NCBI GenBank assembly: GCA_964387845.1
Contig: CAYLXA010000006.1
Location: 1-64,000, forward strand
Reading direction: 5' to 3'
Origin: an uncultured bacterium
GTDB lineage: Bacteria > Omnitrophota > Omnitrophia > Omnitrophales > Abzuiibacteriaceae
Length of the DNA: 64,000 bases
The notes under the pieces are model-generated. The model saw only the letters and a program-made list of their open reading frames with translations, had not been told where the DNA came from and searched no databases. Made by a program: the position numbers and the translations under genes. Below are positions 46,382 through 55,339 of the stretch, piece by piece (position 1 is the first letter of the stretch; the number at the start of each line of letters is the position of its first letter).

Positions 46382-47339
46382 ATATTTTGTATTTAATTTT
46401 TGGAATTATTTCTGGAGAATACCGCCGTTCTCTATTTTCTACCGGGCGTATTATTTATTTAGAGCCAGCTGGCCGGTGTGGTTTTATGTTTTAAACAAAG
46501 CGCCACGCGAGTATCATCGGAAGCATCGTTCAAATCTTAATCAAATCCAAAAGCGAACAGTGGAAGATTTAACGAGGTTTGGCATCGGTTCCGCTCACTT
46601 CAGCGACATGTTTCCCGAGCTGGATTTTTCACTATTTCAAAAGAGCCTGGCCGAAGCTATGTTGATAGGTGAGAACCAAAAACAAATCGAAGAACAGTCG
46701 AAAGGGCAAAGTGCCCAGAGCAAAAAATATTACCTGGTTGAATTATGGAAAAAGCCGTTTCATTTTGACTTTGCCAATCCGTTCATGTCCTTAGCTGCCA
46801 GCGAAAGAATTTTAACAATTGTGAATCATTACCTGGAAATGGCTGCGCACTTAAGTTATTTGAATTTATGGTATACGGTCCCCATGGAAAAAGCGGCGAA
46901 CTACAGTCAGCGCTGGCATCGTGATCCGGATGATCGAAGGTTGGTCAAATTATTTCTTTATTTAAATGATGTGGATGAAAACAGCGGGCCGTTTCATTAT
47001 GTTTCAGGATCGCACGATCAGGGCCCCCACAGAAATGTACTGCCTTCAAGGCCGCCTTATAGCACTTATCCGAAAGAAGGAGAGGTTGAGAAGCTGATTT
47101 CCAAAGATGATATACGCCAATGCACGGGCCGGGCCGGGACGCTTATTTTTTGCGATACCAGAGGGCTGCACAAGGGCGGGCATGCCACTAAAAATCCAAG
47201 GATTTTGTTTAATGCAGTTTATTTGACAGAAGGAGCCATTCCTTCCGAGAAAAGAAAAATTAATTACATTCTAAATCAGCCAAATCGCACGCATAATCCT
47301 CTAGCTGATTACGCATTAAGTTGGGCAGAATCTAGTTAG
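46368..47339 (+). CDS. PhyH-family Fe(II)/2-oxoglutarate-dependent dioxygenase
   Basis: 'RWHRDPDD' (HxD) ... 'NSGPFHYVSGSH' (distal His) in a ~320-aa protein. Confidence 0.55.
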   Translation: MEKIKYFVFNFWNYFWRIPPFSIFYRAYYLFRASWPVWFYVLNKAPREYHRKHRSNLNQIQKRTVEDLTRFGIGSAHFSDMFPELDFSLFQKSLAEAMLIGENQKQIEEQSKGQSAQSKKYYLVELWKKPFHFDFANPFMSLAASERILTIVNHYLEMAAHLSYLNLWYTVPMEKAANYSQRWHRDPDDRRLVKLFLYLNDVDENSGPFHYVSGSHDQGPHRNVLPSRPPYSTYPKEGEVEKLISKDDIRQCTGRAGTLIFCDTRGLHKGGHATKNPRILFNAVYLTEGAIPSEKRKINYILNQPNRTHNPLADYALSWAESS

Positions 47340-48030
47340 ACTTTTTACGTAAATATAGTTCCGCCAAAGCCAAATCAATTTTTGAATCAATATTAACAGA
47401 GCGTTCCACGGGCATGACGTAAGCCAGGCTTTTTTTGCCCCAAAGCGAGTGTTTTTTCATTAAAGTATCCCGCCGGACTGCATATACGGCCCCGTTTAAA
47501 GCAAATACGCGCGGCAAATCCTGACGCCTAATGCCTTCATGCCAGAATTTTGGCAGGAAAGGTTTCAAAGTCCCCTTATGAATTTGCATGGTTTTGCCCG
47601 GATGCGGATCCGAGATTTCGGAAACACTGATAACCGAATCAGCCTTTGAGTCTCTTAAAAGCATGATGGATCGATCGATGTCTTGCGAAGTTCTTAATGG
47701 CGCTGTGGGCTGAAGCAAAACAATGAAGTCATATCGACCTTGCTTTTTTTCCATAAAATTAACGGCATGTTTGAGCACGGAAAGAGAGCTGGCACGGTCT
47801 GTGGCGAGACGCGAGGGGCGAGTAAATGGAGTCACCGCGCCATATTTTCTTGAAACAGAAATAATTTTGGTGTTATCGCTCGAGACAATGCAATCGGTCA
47901 AGTAACGGCTTTTTTTCGCGGCTCTAATACTGTATGCGATAAGGGGAAGCCCAGCCAATGGCTTGATATTTTTCTTCGGAATACCTTTTGATCCGCCTCG
48001 AGCCGGAATAACGCCCAAAACCCTCAGCAT
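47332..48030 (-). CDS. CMP-nonulosonic acid synthetase (acylneuraminate cytidylyltransferase, NeuA family)
   Basis: 'VIPARGGSKGIPKKN' cytidylyltransferase P-loop. ATG at 48030 chosen; the upstream extension is unlikely. Confidence 0.75.
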   Translation of the reverse strand: MLRVLGVIPARGGSKGIPKKNIKPLAGLPLIAYSIRAAKKSRYLTDCIVSSDNTKIISVSRKYGAVTPFTRPSRLATDRASSLSVLKHAVNFMEKKQGRYDFIVLLQPTAPLRTSQDIDRSIMLLRDSKADSVISVSEISDPHPGKTMQIHKGTLKPFLPKFWHEGIRRQDLPRVFALNGAVYAVRRDTLMKKHSLWGKKSLAYVMPVERSVNIDSKIDLALAELYLRKKSN

Positions 48031-48992
48031 ATTGAAGGTACCTCGCGCTCTTCCCAATTGTAAATCACGTCTTTTCCGCAATGGCTTGCAAAACGGCCTC
48101 TGTAATAATTTCGGTTCAACAATTCCTCTTCACTTAGGCCGGGATTCTCAATTCCTATCATGCTTTCGTATTCAGCGGATGAAATCTCGGCATGGATTTT
48201 TTTATTCAGATTTTCACGAGAAAGTTTACAGGCGGCAGTAAGTTCTGAAAGCTGTTTCGGATTGATTGAAACCGGGCCGTCCCTCGTTTCTTCCGGCTTG
48301 AGTAAAGTAAAATGGCGTTCAATGACGGAAGCGCCGAGCGATATAGCGATAAAAGAAGCTTTTAGGCCATCTTTGGCGGGTGCGGAATGGTCGCTAAATC
48401 CAACGGATGGCGTAAATTGCAGAAGAAAATTCATTCTCCTTAAATTTAATTTATCCAGCGGTGTCGGGTATCGTGTTACACAATGCAAAAAACTAAATTT
48501 TTTATTTTTTAGAATAGATGCTGTTTTACGGATTTCGTCGTCATAAGTACCGCCCGTGGAAATGATCAACGAATCAAATTGTTCCGCAAGCTCGCGAATC
48601 ATGGGGAAGCTTGCGCAATCGATGCTTGCAACTTTGATAGTCGAAAATCCCAACGATTTTACAAGCGGGATTCGATGGCGCGAAAAAACCGTTGTGAGCG
48701 GAAGGATTTTGGCCTTTTGGCAGGTTTCGAGGAATATGTGGTGATCTTTTTCGGAAAGCTCTAGAGGCTTTAAACGGTTCTTTTCAGCCGCGCAGGGGCG
48801 TTTGATGATTTTCTGAATGCCATTTTCGATTTTTCCTTCTTCAAATTCAGGGCGATAAGTTACGTCATCTGCGAAAATGGTTTGAATTTTGGCGTAGGCG
48901 GCACCGTTTTCTTTGGCTGCCCACACCATCTCTTTTAGAAGGGAAATGCTTCCGTTATGATTTTGACAAAATTCGACAATAATTTCTGTCAT
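48024..48992 (-). CDS. nonulosonic acid synthase (NeuB/PseI/LegI family, PEP-dependent aldolase-like)
   Basis: 'EFCQNHNGSISLLKEMVWAAKENGAAYAKIQT' is a NeuB-family N-terminal TIM-barrel motif. Confidence 0.8.
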   Translation of the reverse strand: MTEIIVEFCQNHNGSISLLKEMVWAAKENGAAYAKIQTIFADDVTYRPEFEEGKIENGIQKIIKRPCAAEKNRLKPLELSEKDHHIFLETCQKAKILPLTTVFSRHRIPLVKSLGFSTIKVASIDCASFPMIRELAEQFDSLIISTGGTYDDEIRKTASILKNKKFSFLHCVTRYPTPLDKLNLRRMNFLLQFTPSVGFSDHSAPAKDGLKASFIAISLGASVIERHFTLLKPEETRDGPVSINPKQLSELTAACKLSRENLNKKIHAEISSAEYESMIGIENPGLSEEELLNRNYYRGRFASHCGKDVIYNWEEREVPSIC

Positions 48993-48997
48993 TGGAT

Positions 48998-50167
48998 TTA
49001 GTAGGCGAGTTTCTTTTCGCTTTCAAGCTTGATGTCTGCCAAAATATCCGCGATTTTTTTGCCTGCGTTTCCGCGGCCGTAAAGGTAATCACGGGAATAA
49101 ACGCCGTGTTTTAATTGCTTCTGAATAGCGCTTTTGATTTTTGGAGTATCGTTCTGGACTTGAATGACGTTTCGGCCCATTTCGCGTCCTCCTTGGCGGT
49201 CTCCGATTGTGACAGCCGGAATTCCTAAAAACGAACCTTCGCGGATGGCCATGCTGGAATTGCCGACGATGCAAGCTGAATTAATTGCAAGCGAAAGAAA
49301 ATCTTCCGCAGGCAAGTTGCGGATAAAGTGCACATTGGGGATCTTGTTTTGTTCGCGGTAAAGCCTGATACCTTTAGAGATTTGATCAGAGCCGGCGTCG
49401 ACATTAGGCCAAAACCAGAAGGTAGGCATTCTAATCTCAGAAACAGCGTCCAATGTCTTTCTAACTTGGCTTAATCCCGATTGTTCTTGTGTGGTGACGG
49501 GGTGCTGCAGGACAATCAAATAGCTATTTTTCTTTGGTGTAAACATGGCGCCAACGCCCTTACGCATGACTGAATCCAAAGGCCGCGTTTTCCCCCTTGA
49601 AACATCCAACGCTAAATCAATGGACGGACAGCCGGTAAAAAAAACATTTCTTGGGTTTTCGCCCAATCGGATAATTCTCTTTTTTGCAAGCGCGGTCGAA
49701 GCAAAATGATAATTAGAAAGCTTGGTCACGGCATGACGTACTTTTTCATCGATGGAGCCCGTGATTTCACCGCCCTGGACGTGAGCAACGGGAATATTCA
49801 TATAAGAACCTGCGATAGCAGTTGCAATGGTTTCGTACCGATCAGCCACGGTCAAAACAATATCAGGTTTCAGATTGGAAAAAGCAGTAGAGAGTTCTAG
49901 GATGCTCAAGCCCGTTGTCTTGGACATTGTCACCAGGTTTTCCCCTTCCAAGACAGAATAAATTCGTTCGGCCACCCGGAAACCGTCTTTGACGATGACA
50001 TCAACGACCGATCCGAATTTTTCAAGCAATGCAGAAGCGCCCACGATGAGTTGGAGTTCAAGAGCAGGGTGCGCCTGAACCGCGCGTAAGACAGTCTTGA
50101 TTCTGGCGTAGCTAGCCCGGTTGGTGACGACAATCGCAATTTTTCTTTTTTGCTTCCTTTTTTTCAT
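48998..50167 (-). CDS. UDP-N-acetylglucosamine 2-epimerase (hydrolysing), NeuC family
   Basis: 'KIAIVVTNRASYARIKTVL', 'VAHVQGGE', 'GNSSMAIREGSFLGIPAVTIGDRQ' epimerase_2 motifs. Confidence 0.8.
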   Translation of the reverse strand: MKKRKQKRKIAIVVTNRASYARIKTVLRAVQAHPALELQLIVGASALLEKFGSVVDVIVKDGFRVAERIYSVLEGENLVTMSKTTGLSILELSTAFSNLKPDIVLTVADRYETIATAIAGSYMNIPVAHVQGGEITGSIDEKVRHAVTKLSNYHFASTALAKKRIIRLGENPRNVFFTGCPSIDLALDVSRGKTRPLDSVMRKGVGAMFTPKKNSYLIVLQHPVTTQEQSGLSQVRKTLDAVSEIRMPTFWFWPNVDAGSDQISKGIRLYREQNKIPNVHFIRNLPAEDFLSLAINSACIVGNSSMAIREGSFLGIPAVTIGDRQGGREMGRNVIQVQNDTPKIKSAIQKQLKHGVYSRDYLYGRGNAGKKIADILADIKLESEKKLAY

Positions 50168-51696
50168 GATCGTGTTTCTGAAACCGGCGCAGGCTCTCGA
50201 GTTTGATTTAAGTGAAAAGTATTTTTAATCTCAGCAAGTAAAGCTCTGGTAACATCCTTAACATTTTCCCAAGTGACCACATAAGGAACCGCGTAGGGCT
50301 GGCGCCGTGTTCCGGGGTGGCTGCCTTTGAAAAGAGCTGTGATGTATTTTAATAAATTTTCGCGGTTGGGGCGAAAATTTTTTAGAAGCTTTTGAATAAC
50401 GGAGGGCAGGTCTTTGATGTTTTCTAGATAAAAGGCGTTGTCATAATTTTTGTAAAAAGTGTCGCCAAGCACAACCAATGGCTTTTCAAGCAAGATAGCT
50501 TCCATCCCGATTGTATTGGATATGGAAACAATTAAAGAAGCGTTCTTCACTATATCAAAGCTTGGCAGCTGAGTATCTAAAAGTCTCACATTGTAAATGG
50601 AGCGCAGCCGGCGATATTCGGAAAGCGGTCTTCGGCCCAGAAAAATCGGATGGTCCTTAACGTAAAGTCTGTAGCCGGCCGGCAAACTTTTGCTGATATT
50701 TTCGATCACGGCGAGCTGATCGCAATAAAAGGGAGCCAAAATGAGCGTTGAGCGTTCGGGCTGTACTTGGAGCGGGTAAAAAATGTATTTTTCACCGGCA
50801 ACCGGTTTTTCGAAAAGATTGAGCGCTTTTCCCAGGTGGTGGCGGAACACGCGCGAAATTCTTGAGCGCACCAAATCCAAAAATTTCATCCGGCTGATAT
50901 CCAGTGGATCCGTAAAGTTATCCCAGCTGAAAGTAAATAAATTAATCAGTGCTTTAAAGCTGAAGTTGGGAACCTTGCTCCGTGTTTTTAAATAAAGCAG
51001 AGGTTCGTAATGATTGGTGTATTCGTGCAAGAAGGATTCGGCATGCTTTCTTTCATCGGTTGTTAATTCACGCGTCTTCAATTCCCGATAGGCAAGCTCG
51101 ACCGGTTCGCGTGAATCAAGGCAATCGTCATAAATCGAAAGGCGATGATTCAATTTTAAACTTCCCAGGGACCAAACGGGCACGCCTCGCTTTTTACCGA
51201 TTTTATAAATTAAATAGCTTAGCATGCAGCAAACGTCGTCCATGATAATCAAATCCGGCTGCTGCCGCTCAAGCGCCTCCTCCACAAAATGGATGCAAAG
51301 CTCCAGTGCACGCATGGCTTTATCATATGGCAGCTTTGAAATGTAACGGTCTGAAGAAATGTAAAAGGGTAGATTGGGGATGCCCAGTTCTTTTTCTTTT
51401 TGTTCTAAGAAGGAGAGGTCGTAGGGCGCCGACCAGTTTTTGGAGCGCAAATAATCCGTAAAAATACAGATTTCGTTCCAGGTCTTGTCTTGCTCGAGAA
51501 GTCTCTTGGCACTGATTTGTCCGTAAGAAATTCCTGAAAATTTTACAGATGGGATATCTTGACGCAGAAGTACGCTGATCCGCTGAAAGAAAATCTCATA
51601 AATTGATAAAAAGAAAGTAATTTTCATTAAATTGTCTAAAAGACCGCCCTTTAACTGGAAGGAAAGGAGTATAAACACAAAGATAAAACGCGTCAA
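50164..51696 (-). CDS. GT-B-like capsule-biosynthesis protein, KpsS/KpsC (Capsule_synth) family, or alternatively TagF-like
   Basis: 'YIFYPLQVQPERS' (cf. KpsC/KpsS 'PLQVxxDS') and a downstream 'YVKDHP' block. Family assignment is uncertain between Capsule_synth and Glyphos_transf. Confidence 0.45.
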   Translation of the reverse strand: MTRFIFVFILLSFQLKGGLLDNLMKITFFLSIYEIFFQRISVLLRQDIPSVKFSGISYGQISAKRLLEQDKTWNEICIFTDYLRSKNWSAPYDLSFLEQKEKELGIPNLPFYISSDRYISKLPYDKAMRALELCIHFVEEALERQQPDLIIMDDVCCMLSYLIYKIGKKRGVPVWSLGSLKLNHRLSIYDDCLDSREPVELAYRELKTRELTTDERKHAESFLHEYTNHYEPLLYLKTRSKVPNFSFKALINLFTFSWDNFTDPLDISRMKFLDLVRSRISRVFRHHLGKALNLFEKPVAGEKYIFYPLQVQPERSTLILAPFYCDQLAVIENISKSLPAGYRLYVKDHPIFLGRRPLSEYRRLRSIYNVRLLDTQLPSFDIVKNASLIVSISNTIGMEAILLEKPLVVLGDTFYKNYDNAFYLENIKDLPSVIQKLLKNFRPNRENLLKYITALFKGSHPGTRRQPYAVPYVVTWENVKDVTRALLAEIKNTFHLNQTREPAPVSETRS

Positions 51697-51785
51697 CTTC
51701 TATGATGGCAAACGCTTGCCTTGAAAAGATGCATTGATAATCAAAGGGGGATCGGGTAAAATTCTCTCTTTGAAAGGCAGAAGAA

Positions 51786-52496
51786 ATGTCTCAATTAGAA
51801 GAAAAGCTTAGCTCTACAGACGAACAGAAAAAATCCGGATTACGCCGCGGTTTTAAAGCAGTTATTGAGAGACTTAGCCCCGCGCTTCTTTGGCAATTAC
51901 GGCGCTGGACCTATCTCAAGAATCCCAGAGAATTTTGGGCGCGTGTCGGTCAGGACAAAGGTTATGAGAACCCAGGCCCTGAAGTTACCCGGATTCAGGG
52001 TAAATTTATTGCTGATAAGATCAAGCCTTTAGCTCCGCGGTCTGTGCTCGAGATTGGCTGTGGCTGGGGCCGTATTTTGGGAGTTGTTCGTGAAGAGTTG
52101 GGCGCGGATGTAAAAGTGGTAGGTCTTGATTTTGGGCACCCGCAAATCACAACGGCAAAGAGCCGGCTTGGCAATTCATGCGGATTTGTGGAAGGCAATG
52201 CAGCCAAACTGCCTTTCAAGGACAATAGTTTTGACGTGGTTTATACGATGGGCGTTTTTATGCATATCCCGCCGGAATTTATTGAATCTGCTTATAGCGA
52301 AGCTGTTCGTGTCAGCCGGAAATACATTGTGCATGGCGAAGACTTAAGCGGAGCCTATCATCGTTTTCGCTATGACCACGAAAAAGAATACCGAAGCCGC
52401 GGATTTGGCATTCAAACCTGTGAAGCACCTAAGCTTCTTCACGTAGACCCAAAAAAGATCCCGCAATTTTTAATCGTACAAAAAAAATCTGTTTAG
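51786..52496 (+). CDS. class I SAM-dependent methyltransferase
   Basis: Motif I 'VLEIGCGWGRILG', 'VVGLDF', 'VDVVYTMGVFMHI'. Confidence 0.6.
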   Translation: MSQLEEKLSSTDEQKKSGLRRGFKAVIERLSPALLWQLRRWTYLKNPREFWARVGQDKGYENPGPEVTRIQGKFIADKIKPLAPRSVLEIGCGWGRILGVVREELGADVKVVGLDFGHPQITTAKSRLGNSCGFVEGNAAKLPFKDNSFDVVYTMGVFMHIPPEFIESAYSEAVRVSRKYIVHGEDLSGAYHRFRYDHEKEYRSRGFGIQTCEAPKLLHVDPKKIPQFLIVQKKSV

Positions 52497-52513
52497 AATT
52501 AAACAGATTTTTT
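52481..52513. terminator. AU-rich bidirectional hairpin terminator between convergent genes (A6-ATCTGTTT-agaatt-AAACAGAT-T5)
   Basis: Perfect 8-bp inverted repeat flanked by an A-run on one side and a T-run on the other; overlaps both stop codons. Confidence 0.45.
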
Positions 52514-54184
52514 CTTGGCCGCAATTCTTAAAACTTTTTCCAGCCATTCGGATAGAAATTTCTGATCCAAAGAACTCTCAAGATTCAGTTTAGTCGTGGC
52601 AATGTCTTTGCTTGCGGAGGGGTCGACTTTAATGCGCTCGTGCAGCCTTCTGACCAAGGCTTGCGCAAAACAAAACTGTAGAAGCAGCAAAAGATGTTTT
52701 TTTGTTTCTTGATTCCATGTGCATTTAAAATATGAAATGTAAGCACCAAACCAATCGGTGACCCAATCGGCTTCGAATATTTTCTGAACCGGGTTTTTGC
52801 ATGCTATATGGACTAAGTCATATAGAAAAAATTCGTGCTTTCGGACACCCTCGAAGTCCAGTATGAAAATTTCTGAATCCTGAACTCCGCCAAATGATAA
52901 ATTTCCGCCAGAGATAATATCGCCGTGCACTGCAGTTCTTAGATTGGCGGCGTTTATGAATTTTGTTTTAAAGTATGTGCCCGCGATCTTGAGAACGGCT
53001 TTGAATGAAATTGTCTTTTCCAGGCATAGCAACAGCAGGCGCTTTGCGAAATCCAAACCAAAGAAAAATCGATCAAAGCGCTCAATCCATGTGACTGGCT
53101 CTTGATTAACTCGAGCTTGAAATTCAAACAATGCATCCAAAATTAATTTTTGAGATCCGGCTGAAAGGTTGGAAATATTTTCACGGTTGCCGATCGGATG
53201 CAGCTTCTCGTAGAGGGTGGTGTACTTGAAAAAAGAGTCAGACTGGATTCTGAGAACGCGAAACGTATTTGGTTTTGGATTTTGCAATGCTTTGAGGGTG
53301 TTTTTGTCTTTCAAAAATTGAAAAATATTTTTAGGACTTAAATTTCGTATTTTTTTAACCACAACAGTTCCGGCGTCCGATGTTTTTAAGGAGACATTGC
53401 CCCGCGATGTCCATGCTTTGTCCCACTGTTTGACGCTGAATGCTACTAAAATTCTTTCGCTAAGCATGTTAAAAGGAGCGATCAGCATGAGTCGTTCCAG
53501 GTGTGGTCTTGTTTTGGGAAACCACTTCATTAAGCTTCGGAATCCCGGACACCACGTGCCGCTTACCGCTTGAACTTCCAGAAAAGGGAATTGCAATTTC
53601 CATGCGAACGGGACCGTTTTTCTTGAAAGATAATCTTTTTCTGTGAAAGTCTTAAAAATAGTCCTGAAAAAAGTGCGTAAATTCAAAAAATAAGATGCGT
53701 TGATAAATTCTATAATGATAATGCCGTCAGCTTTTACAACCCTGGAAAATTCTTTAAGGCAAATTCTTTTTAATCGCAATGGGATCAAATGAAAGAATCG
53801 ACAGGATAGAACAATATCAAATGCCTGTTTTTGAAAGGGTAAATGCTCGGCGTCACCCTGAATTAAAGGCAATGGCGCTGACAAATTTGCTTTTGCTTGC
53901 ATGAGCATCTCATAAGCATAATCAAGTCCAATTATTTTCTGTGCACGGCTTTGAAGGAGATTTAGATTTCTGCCCGTACCGGTCGCAATGTCCAAAATCT
54001 TCTGTTTTGACAAGTCTGTGTAACCAAGAGATTCCAGAAGTCGAAGCGTCATCCGATTAGTTTGTTCAAGATCAAACAAACCCTTTTCATCACTGTAGCG
54101 TGCTTGGTGGTAAGAAGCCGCAATCATTTCATATTTTTCTTTTAGGTGCTTCTTACGGCTCTGCGGAGTTATTTCGGGTATCAT
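52499..54184 (-). CDS. bifunctional methyltransferase + protein-kinase-like (APH/WaaP-fold) phosphotransferase fusion, WbdD-like
   Basis: N-terminal SAM motif I 'ILDIATGTGRN'. C-terminal kinase motifs 'VVKKI' (beta3 Lys), 'HGDIISGGN' (catalytic loop), 'ILDFEG' (DFG-equivalent). Helical C-terminal tail. Confidence 0.5.
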   Translation of the reverse strand: MIPEITPQSRKKHLKEKYEMIAASYHQARYSDEKGLFDLEQTNRMTLRLLESLGYTDLSKQKILDIATGTGRNLNLLQSRAQKIIGLDYAYEMLMQAKANLSAPLPLIQGDAEHLPFQKQAFDIVLSCRFFHLIPLRLKRICLKEFSRVVKADGIIIIEFINASYFLNLRTFFRTIFKTFTEKDYLSRKTVPFAWKLQFPFLEVQAVSGTWCPGFRSLMKWFPKTRPHLERLMLIAPFNMLSERILVAFSVKQWDKAWTSRGNVSLKTSDAGTVVVKKIRNLSPKNIFQFLKDKNTLKALQNPKPNTFRVLRIQSDSFFKYTTLYEKLHPIGNRENISNLSAGSQKLILDALFEFQARVNQEPVTWIERFDRFFFGLDFAKRLLLLCLEKTISFKAVLKIAGTYFKTKFINAANLRTAVHGDIISGGNLSFGGVQDSEIFILDFEGVRKHEFFLYDLVHIACKNPVQKIFEADWVTDWFGAYISYFKCTWNQETKKHLLLLLQFCFAQALVRRLHERIKVDPSASKDIATTKLNLESSLDQKFLSEWLEKVLRIAAKKKSV

Positions 54185-55239
54185 AATTTGCGCGCTTTTA
54201 GATTGGTAAATTGAGGGGAGTGGTGTATTAAAAAATTCCGAAGAATGGCCGCGACAGCTCGATGGCCATTGCGTGTCAGGTGTCCGTCTTTTTGGTAGTA
54301 AAGAGTCTGCGTGTCAGGAAGTTTCTTCATTTCTGGTGTTAAATCCAGAAAAGGAATCTTTAGTTCGTGAAGCCACGCCGCTACCGTTCGGTTCGGCTGT
54401 CCCAAATCATACAAAAGATCAAAGTTTGCAATTTGATTTGCAAGTTCAGCTTGGTCATCAGATTGCACCATGGTTTTATACGGGATCAAAACAACAAGAA
54501 GGGGGGTATTGATTTTCTTGGTTTCTTCTACTAATTCTGCCGTCAGAGTTTTAGAATATTCGTAATCTCTTTGAGCTGTTGGCGATAAATTTTTTGCTGT
54601 TAGTGCCAAATATTCATCCGGCAGTTTCCATTTTTGATTGACCCGGCGAAAAAATAGACGATGTCTCAGTATTTTTAGCAATGTAACGATTTTAATATCA
54701 CGGTGGCTTCTTACCGTCGGGCGATCAGACGAGGCGATGTTGCCATTTTTTCTTTCCCAGCGCCAGTTACCAACCAAGTCATTGCCCAGGTAAAGCATGT
54801 AAATAATAAGATCCGGCGAGTATTTCTTTCCGTAATGTTTTAGCCATTGCACTTGATGAATTAAATCAAACCCGCCTGATGCCGTGTTTAGAATTTCAGT
54901 GCCCAATTGCCGTTCAAGCAAATCTGCGAATATGAACGGGCGATCGACGCCGTAACCAAAGGTGAATGAATCGCCGAGAAGGACGATGCGCGGCCCTTGT
55001 TTTATTTGAATCGGATCATCGCGGAACCCGTCTTCGTTTGTCGTAATGGACACATCGTATTCGCTTGATACCATGCGTTGATCGAGTTTAGGCGCGTAAT
55101 GAAACCCGGTGTGGGGATCTGATTCCCACGGGGACCAGCTCTTTTTTGGATAATTAATGAATTGAAGGCCCGCTTCGGACAATAAAAGCACAATCAAGAT
55201 AGAAGCGAAGAGTAATAGTATTTTCTTAAGAATATCCAT
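54181..55239 (-). CDS. membrane-anchored SGNH/GDSL-family hydrolase/acyltransferase
   Basis: N-terminal TM; 'IVLLGDSFTFGYGV' block I; 'DGHLTRNGHR' block V. Confidence 0.55.
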   Translation of the reverse strand: MDILKKILLLFASILIVLLLSEAGLQFINYPKKSWSPWESDPHTGFHYAPKLDQRMVSSEYDVSITTNEDGFRDDPIQIKQGPRIVLLGDSFTFGYGVDRPFIFADLLERQLGTEILNTASGGFDLIHQVQWLKHYGKKYSPDLIIYMLYLGNDLVGNWRWERKNGNIASSDRPTVRSHRDIKIVTLLKILRHRLFFRRVNQKWKLPDEYLALTAKNLSPTAQRDYEYSKTLTAELVEETKKINTPLLVVLIPYKTMVQSDDQAELANQIANFDLLYDLGQPNRTVAAWLHELKIPFLDLTPEMKKLPDTQTLYYQKDGHLTRNGHRAVAAILRNFLIHHSPQFTNLKARKL

Positions 55240-55339
55240 CCGCTTTATGGGAGTTTTTTCATTCGAAATATGGTATGCTAGCGCAATTTAAGGGGTTATT
55301 TTATCATGCGCTGTTTCGTTTGTAATCAATTAAGAAAAT

